Positions 29,460 to 42,800 of a stretch of DNA of 64,000 bases are shown here, piece by piece. The notes under the pieces were generated by a model. It had not been told where the DNA came from. It was given only the letters and a program-made list of their open reading frames with translations, and did not search any database. This DNA comes from Lama glama. Its lineage: Eukaryota. Where the stretch lies: the NCBI GenBank assembly GCA_028534125.1, contig CM052816.1, positions 100,380,001 through 100,444,000 of the forward strand, given 5' to 3'. Position 1 is the stretch's first letter, and every line of letters starts with the position of its first letter. Both the position numbers and the translations under genes were made by a program.

Positions 29460-29645
29460 GGGGCATTGTGCAGACAGTCAACTTCAGGAGGCAGTGTAGA
29501 CACTTGGGTGCAGGAGGCAGTGTAGACAGTCAGGTGTGGGAGGCAGTGTAGACACTTGGGTGCAGGAGGCAGTGTAGACACTTGGGTGCGGGAGGCAGTG
29601 TAGACAGTCAGGTGCGGGAGGTAGTGTAGATGAGAGTGCAGGAGG
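29460..29645 (+). repeat. 26-bp minisatellite, 5 full and 2 degenerate units
   Basis: Units GGAGGCAGTGTAGACA(CTTGG/GTCAG)GTG(CA/TG/CG) start at 29487, 29513, 29539, 29565 and 29591. Degenerate copies start at ~29460 and 29617. Confidence 0.95.
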
Positions 29646-30248
29646 CTGGGAGCTCAGAGCGGTTTTCTCTGACAACACCTGTGCTCTCGCTCCCTCCTGA
29701 CCTCTTGCCCTGTCGGGACCCTCTCTGCATGGCGCTGCCTCAACTGCTCTTGAGAGCAATTTGTTAGATGCAGACAGTTGGCATCTATTTCAAATGCGTG
29801 TACTTATTAAACACTCAGGAAGTGATGGTGGGGTCTGGAAATGCCGTGTGCGGGTTGAAGCACCTGCATGGTGAGACGCAGAAGAGGGGGCAGCAGAGGA
29901 GGAACAGCCGGGGCTCGGGTCCGGTCCAGCCCACCACGGGCAGCCCCCGTGGTGAGTGACCTGCAGGCCCGCGCAGCCCCAGCCCCCACGATGCAGGAAG
30001 TGAGCAGAACACCTGAGACGTCTTCTCGCAAAATCCTCGGTGAGACGCCAGGTCACTGTCAGATACAAACGCAAAGGAGACTTAAGTGGGTCAAAGAAGT
30101 CTGTTCACTACTTCACGGGGGTTCTGGGCTTTTAACTGTCAGGGGAGCAGCAATGACTTCTGAGCAATTACGTCGGTGATGCTGACAACTCTGCTAATAC
30201 ATGCAATAAGTATACGTTCCAGCCAAAACGCTAAAACTGCAGGGAACA

Positions 30249-30292
30249 GTGTGTGCACGCGTGCGCATGTGTGCGCATGCACGTGTGCGCGT
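30249..30292. repeat. Alternating purine-pyrimidine (TG/CG/CA) tract
   Basis: GTGTGTGCACGCGTGCGCATGTGTGCGCATGCACGTGTGCGCGT. Confidence 0.8.
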
Positions 30293-31328
30293 TGGTGTCA
30301 GGGGTGAGTGTGTCTCTCCCCTGAAGGACGGTCACACTTCGCAGCCCTCTTCCCCCTCACAGGACTCAGCGCGCAGACATTCCGATGGCGTGGGAGACTC
30401 ACCTGTGAAAAAGAAGCTCATGAAATTCAAAACCGTTTTCATGGACATTAACTGCTATTAATTTTAACAAATGGCCTTGAAGGAAAAGTCAGGTAGGTAA
30501 ACGCACTGGGAACGTTTCCTCTCGGCCTAACACTGCGTTTGTTTCCGCGGCGCCTGACGCGCCGGCCGATGCGCGCTGCCTCTGGTTTCCGAGGGGGCTC
30601 TGTCCGGCGATGGTGGCGGCGTGGTTCTGGGGGGTGTGGACAGGAAGGCGGAAGTGAGCCGGCGTGGTTGTTGTGGAACTGAGCTGTGCTAGCGTCCTTC
30701 TTTCCCCTAAATTACTCTACGGCAAGTTCACAGAATGGGGCCTCTGTATTTGCAAAAGCAAAGAAACACACCGTGGAACCCAAACCTCTGCCCGGCGGGC
30801 GGGGAGGCACCGCGGTGCCGCCCTCTGCCTGCCTTCGGGGGCGGGGGCCCTGTGCCTGGCCCGGGCTCAGCACCCCGGACTCAGAGGGCCTCTGGCCTCT
30901 TTCCTCCTGGAATCTGAAACTACAATTACAGTAGGTTTATTTCCTGAGATCCTCCAGTTTTTCGATATGATACACTTCTCTCTCTGTGTCTCCGTGTCTC
31001 TGTTTCTGTCTCTCTCCACACACACACACAAACATACCCACCGATGGAGTTTAAATTTCCTAGAATAAATCAAAATCGGAGAGGCAGGTGAAATCTAGAG
31101 CTTCACAAACACAGCTGGACTTCACTCTTCTAACCCGTACACTGCCGGCGTCCCGCCGGCCCCAGGTCCCAGGGCACCGCCAGGCGCTCTCGGCTCACGT
31201 GAGCAGGTCTCACCGCTTGCGCTCTCTCTTCAATCCTTTTCTCTTTTTCCATTGAGTTCTTGGCTAACCGGTAGCTGAAGTTGCTTAAACCTTAAGAATC
31301 AAGCACAATAGCTCTTGCCCTTTTGTTT

Positions 31329-31463
31329 CACGCACACACGTGCACATGTACACATGCACACGCACATACGCGCACATGCACGTACACACGCGTGCACACA
31401 CGCACACTTGCACGCACACACAAACACAGGCACACACACACACGCACGCACACGCACACACAC
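31329..31463. repeat. Degenerate (CA)n/(CACG)n microsatellite
   Basis: About 135 bp of almost uninterrupted pyrimidine-purine alternation. Confidence 0.9.
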
Positions 31464-34400
31464 CTTCCCGAGCTCCCGCAGTCCCTTCAGATGCTGTCTC
31501 ACCTGCACAGTCTAATTTTGGAGCAGGAGTTGTGTCTCCCTTACATCATGCGGGTGAACAGCCCTTAAGCAGGACATAGCAAGTGGCCCAGGTCTTTCAG
31601 GCATATGGGGGACTGTCGCCCATCACCCACCAGCCAGGTGGCACACCCTGTCACGCACCAGCTGCCTGGGGAGAGACGGGCCCGGGATATTTCGCTTCTT
31701 CCTTGTCATCACGCTGTCTCAATGGGACACACCCAGAGCTGGGACTGGGTGCAGAGGACACGCATCTCCAGGGTCTGAATACAAGTAAATAGTTCAAGTT
31801 CAAGGTGACATGTAAAGGCCCTGCTGGGGTCAACAGCGACATGCTTCTGGGGGCGATGAGCAGCTGGGGAGCAGGGTGCCCCTCCCCAGAGGGCTGCCTG
31901 TTGACCTGGGTCCCCCTCCTGCCACGGAACCAAGGCATCCTGTCCCCAGCCTCTCCGAGCGGGTCGTCCTCACCCTGACCCCAGGCAGTGCCGCCTGACC
32001 TTGGAGGGGGCAGGGAGGAAGGTCTCTCTTCCCTACAAGATCCAGGGAGGACTGTCCCTCACCTGTGGTCGGCTCCACTCCGGGCCCAGTGTTGGACCGT
32101 TGTGTTCTGAAGGCATAATTGTAAGAGCGAGCATTTTGAAAACCACGTTGTCCACATGCATTTCTTGAGTGTCCTGTGGCCGGAGGAGGCGTGGGAGGGG
32201 CGCGTGGACAGCGCGGTCAGTCTCGCCTCCTCTAGCTCCGGGCTTCTCTGTCTCACTCCGCCACCGCGCACACAGCGCCCCCAACGCTCCATCCACATAG
32301 GGGCCCAGGACTCAGTGCGGCCCCCATCGGGCTGCCGGCAGCCCTGCAGGACGGGACAAACACCAGACGACACGGCCGCTAACTTATCTTCCGGAAGGAA
32401 TGTCTGTCTGCAGTCTCGAGTTCCTTAGCGCAGCATGTCCACGGTGGTAACAGAACTACGATTATTTCCTCTCGAAAAGGCTGTGTTTGAAATGGAGCCC
32501 CCGTGAAGCAAGCAGTGGTCAGAAGATTTTCTATCACCGTTAAGAATGACTTAACATGTTCCTCAATTCACTGAAAAGTATTAACCCCCTGGCGCTACTT
32601 GCGAAATATTTTATGGCGGGATAACTTAGACAGCTTTAGGCAGCTAATGGGCCTTGTGTCTACTGCCCATTAGTGGGATTCCAAGCCTGAAGGGACGTGG
32701 AAAAGAGGAAAAGAAAGTCCTGTGATCCTCGCATACAAGGGCTTCCCCCACGGGGAGGGGGTCTGAGAAAGACGTTAGAACCCTGAGAAGAGAACAGGGT
32801 GAGCACCATGGATTTAGGACTTTTGCTGGTAAATCGGTTAAAAAAAAATGTCATGGCAAATTGTTTGCCTTTGTATCCACGGCGAGCCCTGAGAGTCTCC
32901 GTTCCTGATTTTGGAAGCACGTCTTCTGAATGTGTGGGAGACACGAGCCCCAGGAAACGGAGGATCGGGAAGGGCTGGCACTCGCAACGTGATGCCGCCG
33001 CGACGCTGAGCCCCATGCAAATTTGCACGTCTCTCCCTTGTGTGTTTTCACTCTGGAAGGGAGGAGGCCTGGGAGTCCTGGCCCCTGAGACTCTCTCCAA
33101 ATAGCTCACGGTGCTTCGCAAATATGCATTTGTGAATGCGCTGGCAGCTGCGGGAGGCCGGGAGGTGGAACTAGAACCCTCCGAGTGTTCCTAAAGCTGC
33201 ATTCGCGAGGCCGTGTGACTTCTCTGAGGTCATGAACGGTGGTCCCAGAGCTGGGGAGAAGCCCAGTACCCTTACCTGGGAGGGCGTCACCCTGACCGAG
33301 ACCGGGCTGGCACACAGCGCGGGATATTCTGTGCACGCTGAACTGAAACCTCAGCTCTTTCTTTTTTCCTAGAGAACAATCCCCTTTTATCATATTGCAG
33401 CATTTTCATGATGTGGTTTTGAAGAAAAAAGTCAAAAGCGATTAGGGTGACGGCTTGCCGTCTCTAAGACGCTCCCTCGCTGCAGGTCGTGCTGGGGGAA
33501 AGGCGCTGCTTCACACATTGAAGAACTACTTCTGCTGCACTTGGGAGTAATAAAATGTACTGAAAGACGTTTAAAAATACCTTTGCCCGGATGGCAGGAC
33601 GTTGGCGGCGGGCGAGGAAGAGCGTAGCCTGCTGCGAGAGCTGACAGGTGCTGCATTTGTAGGAGAAAACCCAATACTGCCGCCCAGGCCTCTCAGAGCC
33701 CCGAGCCCCCTGCTCGCCTCGGGCGTGGGGATCATGAGGCTGGGACAGCGGTATCGCTCCCAGTTTCTATTAATAATTCCTCACGGGCACTTTCCTAGCG
33801 GCGAAAGTGACCTTGGATTCTGCAGATGACAACCTTCCCACCCGCACCCGGGGTGAGGCGGGTGCAGCCGCCCCGAGGCACTCCCACCCCTGCCAGTGCT
33901 GTGCGTGGACTTCCCTGAGTCACCTTCCTTCCAAAGTCTTACCTTAACGTCCCTTGGGAATGTCATTGCCGGGTGTGAATTTGGATTAGACAAAACTTCC
34001 TGTCTCTTTCCTGCCCCCTCAATCTAACCTCAGCAAAACACAGAGCTAACAATGAATGAGACTGCGGTAATAAGGGGTTTGCCTCTGGAAGAGCCAGGAC
34101 CCCATCTTTTCTGTCAGCTCAGGGGTGTGGGAGGCCACACGGGATTGTGCAGGTGGGCGGAGCAGCCGTGATGGTGCCAGCCCCGCCGGGAGGGCCTCTG
34201 GCTGTGGGCTGGCAGCTCCCCGCCCGGTGCGAGGGTGCCCTCGGAACACGGGCACCGCGGTGTCGGCACAGAGTGGCCCACACGCACCTCCTGGGATCCG
34301 AATTCTGCTTCCTCATCCTGGGGGTGTGGTGTGACCTATGCCTTGGCCACAGTGGTGTGTTCATCCCCTCAGTTCATGTGACTGCACTGTCATTGCGTAC

Positions 34401-37400
34401 CCGGTGCCGGGGGGCCACTGAGTCCAGAGATGCTCTCCTTTTAATGAAGAAAACAAGGTCGGGAAGGACGGTCAGCGTCTTCTAGGTCTGGGGTTTATAA
34501 GCCCAAGACCCTCTGGGTTGACTTGGGATGTTTTGGAGCCAGTAAGAGCTCCCAGGACACGGGAGGATTTGTGTGAAGTCCGCTGATAACGTCTGTCTGT
34601 TCCATTAGGTTGTTTCAACGACCTTGGATCACAGCTCAAGTCTCAAGTCACGCACCGGCTCGGTCAGCAGCGGTGGTAGGACCCATGCTGAGGAGCTGGC
34701 TAAGTGTCTCTCGAATACCTGCTTCTCAGGGCTGCAGGAAAAGGAGCGCCTCACCCTGCGCAGGAACAGCCCGGGCGCAGGTGCCGCTGCTGGGTCCACA
34801 GGGACGCGTCCGCGAATGTGCAAGGCGAGCTGAAGGGTTCAGGTGTACTTCCACGTGGTGGCTTCCCCTCACGGTGGGTCCAGTTTCCCTTAAATGAAAT
34901 AGGATAAAAGAGTGTCCCTGGGAAGGGAGGGAGGGCTTTCCAACTTGTATTTCAGTCACATGTGTGCATGTGCGTGCATATAATAAAATACATTTCTCCC
35001 TGGGGATGGAGGTCTGCAGTCTGAAGGCCATAGGTGGGGTTTGCGGGTGAGCGATGATTCCTGCTTCTCTGAAGGTTGATCTACTCAGGACCCCTCATTT
35101 CTCAGGGCTCAGGGCGCCTGGCTGCAGGCTCAGGGAGCCAGCACCAAGCAGGCTGTTCCCTGCATGTAGTGGGTCAGCCCAGCCCGGCTCCCCCGCCCAG
35201 GTCTCCGTTTCTGCCTTTATAAACAGGGTATGGATGGTGCCTGCCTGTCAATAAAGTCAGTAAATGTCCCTAAGTCGTGAGAGCAGCAGGAGCTGATCCA
35301 GGGAAAACGGGCCACACAGATTGTTCCCAGTTTCAGTGAACAGTTAGCGGGTACACACTTCACCCTTGAGCTGCTGATGATGGCGGGTGACTGTCACGGC
35401 TTCTCCCATCATGGAGAGAAGGTGGCCTGTGCCAAACCAGGTCGGGGGGCCCAGAATCATCTCTGTGGTGCCCTCAGGGGTGCTCCTGTTTCTGGAAGCT
35501 CAGTCTTCCTGCCTCTGCGCTGAGCGCAAGGCGGGTTCACTCCACGCACCCATGCAGAGGTGGTCCTGCAGACCCCCAGCCCTGCGTTCTGAGGACAGAA
35601 ACCCCAACAGAGCAGCCCAGACCTCTCCACTGGGTCTAAGGAAGCATCTTGAAACACACGGCGAGGAAAACCCACACTGACAAGCACCATGTGATCAAAA
35701 GCTTGATTTCCAACTGTGGTTCCCCCGCGCCTCCCCTGGGGCCCCGGGATGGATGCGTGGCCCCCGTTGCCTCCCAGGGCAATCGTCTTCCAAGAAACCC
35801 ACTAAGGAATATTCGTCTTTTTCCATTTCATCACCAAATCTGAACCACGAGGACGCCTCTTCATCAGAGGCACTCAGAAATTCCAGCCAGCTGCTTGCTG
35901 CCACTTGGCTGAGGACGAGCTGGGGACTCTCGAGGTGCTCAGCATGGCTCTGCGTTTTCGCTTTCATCATTTCCCTCCAATCGGGAATCCAAATCCAAGA
36001 GAGGTTCTGTGACTTCCGGGCTTAACTTCAGACATGCTATGATGCATATTACACACGCGGGAAGTTTTGGAGGTTGTGGAAATCGTCCCCAGCTAAGCGT
36101 TTTGTCAAGTACGTTCACCCCTTAAAGCTGATTGAGCCTGAAGTCCCTCGGTGGTTGAGGAAAGAAAGCCCCGGCAGCCCGCTGAGCGCACGTGTAACCG
36201 ATGGGCGCCCAGGTGCCCGGCGCCCGCGAGCTGCTGTCCGACTCTTTCCTGCAGTTCCACTTTAGCGTGGGAAGGGGGCTTTTCCTCTAAAGTGTTGCCC
36301 CAGCACAGTCATGTCTTTGCGATTATCCTGAAACCCCGAGTTCTCTGTTACAGCCCCTAGTGGCCGAACAGGAAGTTCCTGTTTGTTTAAACCAGTAAAG
36401 GGATGGCTCACGCGTGCTGGAGCCTGGTGGCACCGGTGGACCCTAAGGTGACCAGGGTGTAAGGGGGTCAGCTATCCCGAGTGGTGGAGCTCTGAGGTCC
36501 TGAGTACAGACGCCCACCTTTGTTTCCACTGGTGAATCCCGTCGTCTCCCGTTCAGACAGGTTAGCGGTCGCTACGCACTCCGGCAGGACGGCGTGAACG
36601 TGGTGCACGTGACCTTGGCGCTGTGTTTCTGTTCCGACGGGGAGCCAGCCCTCTGCTGTGTTGTTCTGACAGCACACTGGCGCCAGCCAGGGCGCGCTGC
36701 CGTGGAGGGGGCCAGTCCCCCCGACCGGACTGTTCTCAGTCAGCGCTCAGCATCAGGTCGGTGAGGGCCCCGGCCTCCGTGCAGCGCAGTGACTTGTAAT
36801 GACTCCCCGCAGCACAGAAATGGCAGGTGTCCCTGCTGGCGGGGAAGGAGCTTCCTCGGGCAGTCAGCGCGCGGCTGACTCAGGAGCAGAGAACGCTTTT
36901 AGGACAGGGTGGTAGGGACCGTGCGGGGCTCTGACTCCAGGGGGTCCGGCCTGGGATGAGCCCTGGGCTCCCGGACGGGCCACGAGCCCAGCCTCCCGCC
37001 TCTCGGAGGGGGCCCCTCCTTGTCACAGCCCCCTCGAACCCAGAACGGACTCCTCTTGGGGGCCCCCCTCGCCTCCGGCCGAGGGAAGGGTATTTCTGGG
37101 GTGTGTCTGTCCTCTCCTGGACGAGTGTGTGCCCGCGTGTCCAGGTCCACTTGTCCTTGGGATGTCAGAGGGAGTGGGGGTGCAGGGGTGGCGAGCAAAG
37201 CTGCTGAGAGGACGCTCCCTGGGCCGGCGGGGGCGGGGTCATATCTGAACCGCGACCTTGGCCGTGGGGAGGGCTTGGGCCCCGTGCTCACCCCAGGCCA
37301 GGCCCTGCACCCAGGATTCTTCCAGCATCTGATGCACCACACACGTGCGTCGCCCTGGGAGCAGCTGCGGCCCCACTTGACCCACAGGATTGATATGGGT

Positions 37401-39759
37401 GGGCTGGGGACTCAGGGCTCAGACAAACCAACCAGCACCCAGTTGTCACCCGTCCACCTCCACCCTGTTCCCAGTGCCCTCTGCCCAGGACCCCAAAGCC
37501 ACGGGTGCAAAGTCACCTGGGATTGTCCCCCTCGCATTCCCGATGGCCAAGTTCTGCTGCTGCCATGGCCGCAAGGAATCTGAATGACGATGGGTGTCAA
37601 CCGTGGTGAAAGCAATTAGTAATGTAATTAATAATAATAATAAAGATCATTGTGAGTATGCAATCTTCTGGCTTACGAGCTTTTCAATATCAAAAAAATT
37701 CATGGAATTTACTTCCAGGGGATTTTAGACTGAGCCAAGCTCCCGGTGGGGGAGGCAGCCCCGCCGGCTCCCCATGCTCCCTGAGGTCCCGCCAGGTCCG
37801 TGCAGTCCTGTTGCTGTGTGAGGATGTGACCCCAGCGAAGCGCTCTCTCTGGGTGCGGGGTGCACACCTGGGCAAAGGCGCGTGCGGGGCTTTGTTCCTT
37901 TCAACCAGGTACCTGTGGGCCTGGGGGCTGCTGGCTTTTCTCAGAGATGCTCCAGGGTGCACGGGCGGCCCTGACCTCAGTGCCTGCTCACCTGAGGAGG
38001 TTTGACCAGGGATGGGCTCGGGGCCAGACCCCGGGCGCCCCTCCGCGCGGTGCACTGGTGCGGGCGGGGCTGCGCGGTCGCTGTGACACTTGTTGGGCTC
38101 GAGGACAGCCTAGGAGCTGAGTCAGCACAGACTCATCACCTCGTCCAGCTCTCCGCTCACTTATGTGCAATTTGGCAGAAACTAGGAAATATAGTGGCTT
38201 CTATTTTTAACTGTGAGGCAGGGCTGTTCTGCTCAGAATGATTAAGTTTTAGTGCCTCCCGAGGGCCCTCGGTGACAGGGGAAATTCCAGACTACAAGGT
38301 GAAGTTTGTAAGTCACTTCACAAATGTATATATTGGGATTCTGAGAACAAATAAATATTCCTTTAAAATATACAGAGAGATATTGAATTGACAAACAGTG
38401 TGTAAGTACACATAATCGCATGGCAGCTTCATTCTAAATCAATCACGTGGAAGGTCAGCGGCGTGCAGCTCCCCGGGCGCCCCGCTGCTGGGAAGTCGCG
38501 TGTCTTTCTGAACCTGTGCTGGGTGCTGCGCGGCTGAGAGGCAGACAGACCCGTCCGGGTTCCTCTGCTGATACTTTATATGTCAGGGTCACAGATCTTT
38601 GCTTTTCAGCCAAAATTAAACACCTTCCCGCACTGATTCTTCCCTCCTGCTATTTAAAAATGATTCATTTTGCATTCATTTGAAACTCTTTTTGGAAAAA
38701 TAACTTTTCTGAACACTTATAAAAATAAGAGGACAGTCAAAATTAAGCCCTCGACATGGCTGACACTTAATGACTGCTGGACCAGCAGCTTCTCTTTGAC
38801 TGTGGGGACGGCGGGCTTCAGACCAGCCTCAAGGACGTGGCTCAGGCGGGAGGGGACTTGAGAACTCAGACCTGTCGTGCGGCCACCAGGCTGCACCTCT
38901 TCCATCCCGGAGATGGAACAGTCGATGAGGCTAACTGCAATGATGCGTGTGATCATGTATCCGCAAAAGGCACTCCTCAGTCGTCTGGAGGGCGATGGCT
39001 GAAATGGAAGCCTCTGTGCGTCGTGTCTCTGTGAACAGTCACCCTCATTACCTGACAGGCCGCACCTAAGACACAGGGACCAGGGGAGCCTTGGACTGAC
39101 TCTGAGGCAGGACCATGACACTGTAGGTGGCTGGGCGCACCTGCAGGAGACGTGGCCCACGTCATTGCCGCCTCCTCAGGCTCAGCCCCTTCCTTCTCCC
39201 TCGCTTCCTTCCTTCTGTGGAGTCTGGAAAAGTGGCACGTTTTCTCCCCAGCACCTCCTGCTGCTGGGCCTGGACCACAGACCCCGCCGAGGCCCTCAGG
39301 CAGGACAGAGAACGGCTGCGGTGTGCGGGGGTGTGGGCAGGAGAGGGGCTTGGAGAAAACCTTTCTTCCCTGATGATAATCAAAACACAGCACGCTGTCT
39401 GCATTTCCTGCCTGGCCCCCTCCTCCCCACGAGCCGCTGAGGGAGAAGCGCTGCCCGGAGGGCAGGGGCGGGCTCAGGCTCTGCAGTGGACAAGAGACGG
39501 GACGTGCGGAGACCGTGGTACCCGGGACATGTGTGCGTTGGCACTCCCAGCCAGGAGCTTGTCATTTCGTGCCTTCCTCCTCGAAGTCCTCTTGCAGGGC
39601 ACTTGCAGCCTGAAGCAGTCCCAACGGACCTGAGAGGACACCCAAAGGAAGGACTGGCCAAAGCCACCAGAACCCGCGCTGGAGGGACGTCCCACGGCGA
39701 CTCTAAAGAGTATCAGTGAGAACGCTTGCCGGTCAGCGCTGACTGAGTGCAACGCGGCT

Positions 39760-39838
39760 CGCGGATGTGTTGGTCACCTTAACACAATCTTTTGCGTGTG
39801 GCAGGTGTTCGGCAAATACTTTTGCATGAATGAATGAT
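39760..39838 (+). mobile_element. L2 3' end fragment
   Basis: GTGGCAGGTGTTCGGCAAATACTTTTGCATGAATGAATGA resembles the L2 tail TAGGTGCTCAATAAATATTTGTTGAATGAATGA. Confidence 0.5.
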
Positions 39839-42800
39839 CTCAGTTCTCCATGGTCCCCTTGTTGTCTCTGAAATGTCTCTGACGTTGAGGCTGAAGCTCA
39901 CGGCAGAGAATCTCTTCCTCCATGGCCCCAGGTAGCAGGCTGAGCGCGGTGCGCACACAGCGAGCCAAGCGGCAGGTGGAGGTGGCCCTGGGCGCCGTCG
40001 GTGGAAGGGGAAGGGATGTGTGGGTGTGAAGTTACCTTCTGTCCCCTTCCCCCCCTCTCCCGACCGACCATCTGGGCAGCCAGGAGGCTGCCTGTGCTTC
40101 CTGCCTTCAGGGTGGGAGGTACCGAGGAAGCGGCCGTCTCCTCTTCACACTATAGCTTCTGAGTCTGCAAACCGCCGTCCTCACTGGGCGGTCCTGCAGA
40201 GGTGGACCTCCTTCCTCTGCGTCAGGATCGGCTCCCTCGGAAGCTGCTTGGTCGGGGGCAGCCAGGTGGCGGCGGGCAGTGCGTCCCGTCCCATCCGTCC
40301 CCCTCCCGCGCCTGCCTCTCTGCCCCCGCCGCAGCCGCGTCTGTGCTGGGCTGTGATCCCGCTCCCCGGGCCCCGCCCCCTCCCGAGACTTAGGCTCGGG
40401 TGGCTCCTGTTGGTCCGAGGTCTGAGCACACTTGACTTCTGACTCTGGGAGCCACCCTGAGTCCTCCCGAGCTGCCAGTGGGGCCCCCGGCTCTGCCCAG
40501 GGCACGTGCCCCATCCAAGCCCTCCTTCCTGCCTGCGAGTCGGGGGCCCTCGGGCAGTGGGCAGGGCCCCTGACTCAGACCTTCCTTCCCTCCCTTGGCA
40601 GAAGGACACTTGGCATTCACTGTGCCCCTCTCTGTGAGGTGGGCTCACTGCCCTGTGGCCACCAGGCTCTGTGGGGTTCAAGGACTGGTAAGAGGCCCCA
40701 CGGAGGGCAGGTCTCCAGTCACAAGACGTCTGCCTGCACCCTCACCACTCATGTCACGAAGACAAAGACCAGAAAACACAAAGAGCACCCCTCTCCCAGC
40801 ACGTCAAGTCGTCACGTGGTAACCAGCTTCGCGGGGTCCACAGACATCGGCCCCAAGCCCCTCGGATGCCCAGAGGCTGCCCTTCGCAGGTCACGAAGCC
40901 TCCGTGAGGTAATGACCATCCCCGCGGCGCCCAGCAGCCTGACCCCCGGAACCGGTCGCAGCCCCGACCACAACGCCCAGCCCTGCCCTCCCGAGCCCCC
41001 ACCCTTCCCGTCCCCTCACCGTCAAGCCCTCCGACGACTGTGCACGAACGGATGATGCGTCTGAGACCCACCCGGCGCCCACTGTCCCGTCAGCATGAGG
41101 ACACTGTGCTGTAAAGCCACTCCCTTACAGGAGGCCCCAGCCAGCGGCCCTCGGGGCACACACGCCTCTGCCCCTGCCCGCCCACCGCTGCCTGCCGCAC
41201 TGTAGCTGACGGCTTTTCTTTACTTCTGGTAAATTCTTCTACTGCCCGCGGGACCGGCCTGCTTGTCCCGCAGCAGCTCTGGTCTATGATGATTCAAGGA
41301 AAGCCTTCGGAGCTCAAGAAATGCTTTTGTTTGTTTGTTTGTTTCTTCGTTTTCTCAAGAACTTGGCTTTTGCAGTTGAGTTCTAGCTCCCACATCTCGT
41401 GGACTCTTTTTTTAAAAAGGTGATTTTGAGAGTCACAGCTGAGCAGTGGCTCCCTGGCTCGCAGCTCCACCTGTCCTGCCCCTGGGGCTGGGGCTGCCTC
41501 GATTTAGGGAGAAATGAGCTATTAGCTAGATGAGCAAGGACAGGAATGAGAAACCACCGGGCTGAAGGAAATAACAGGACACCAGGAGTACCTGGCAGAG
41601 GGAGCTCGCAGCCCCGAGCTTCTGTCAACTCCAGGAAAGACCCTCCTCTGAGAAGCCGGGCCCTCAATTCTGGGAACCAGATATTGAGAGAAGACCCTCC
41701 CCTGAACTCGAGGAGCTTAGACGGAAGCCTCTAGAGCAGAGGCTGGTGGCGTGGCCTACAGACAGTGACCTGTTTCTCTGCATCGACAGCATCAACATTG
41801 CTATCCCCGAGAATCTCTTCAGGGAGACCGGCTGTGTCGTTGGCGGTGAGGCTCGCAGACTCTGCAGCACAGGCCTCTCCCAGGAGGCAGACGGAAGCCT
41901 CCTGTCCTTGCTTAGAAACAGTTACAGAGGCTGGTTAATGACGACTGACCAATTGCTCACTAGTCCGCTCGTTCACTCAGCACACACACGTTCACCGCCA
42001 GCTCCGAGGGAAGCTCTGCGTGGGGCCCTTTTCCCCTACGCCCGAGAGCTGGCAGTGGAAAAATCGAGGTGAAAGATTACCGAGTACCAACATCAAACCA
42101 AAAACCTTTGAAACGACTCATTGTTCATTCTAAACCAGAGAGGCTCTGTAAAGTGGTGTGAGAAAGCGATTGGATTTCGGAATATAAAGCTGTGAGTGAA
42201 GCAAAGGAACCCTGAAGAAATGTTTTCGGAGTTCAAGACTTTAACCTCCTAAAGCCGTTTTTTTAAAGATAAAATTTTACTTTATGGAAATCATAAGTGA
42301 TGTTACTACAAACCCCGTTCAACCGACTGCATATAAAATCTCCATCACCTTGCCTCAAGGTACAAGAATAAAGTTCACCGCCACTGAATCAGACTAAAAT
42401 ATTCATCCATCAGGACTTTGTCGACCATGGTCTTGATGGCATTTAAATTGAATTTAACATAAATTTAAAGGCATCTCCATTTAATGTAATGAATAATGTG
42501 GGGTCATCATCGACTTCAATTTTAATCCCTTAAAGGTAGTTGGTTCCACTGCCTTGATGCATTTATCATTGGGAGTTACTTGTTACAATACACATTTATT
42601 TTTAACACTTCGTGATTTTAAATTTGCAAATAATACTGAAGCCAGAGGTAGGACCCCAGTGTCAATGCAGTGCTCCTGAACTGGCTCCAGAAGCGACGGC
42701 CAAGCGATTTCAGGGCCCAGGGAGGAGGGGAGGCCCCGGCCCAGGCCCCAGCTCAGAAAGTGCCTATTTGAAACACGCTGATGGCATGGACTGTGTGCAC

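Noticed and set aside
29460..29645. CRISPR-like repeat-spacer array
   Set aside because: Eukaryotic context, the variable part is only ~10 nt and recurs in two states, and there are no cas genes. It is a minisatellite.
31626..31648. CTCF-like motifs (CAGCCAGGTGGCAC here; similar near 10045, 18020 and 47675)
   Set aside because: Partial matches are common in GC-rich DNA; a PWM scan and ChIP data are needed.
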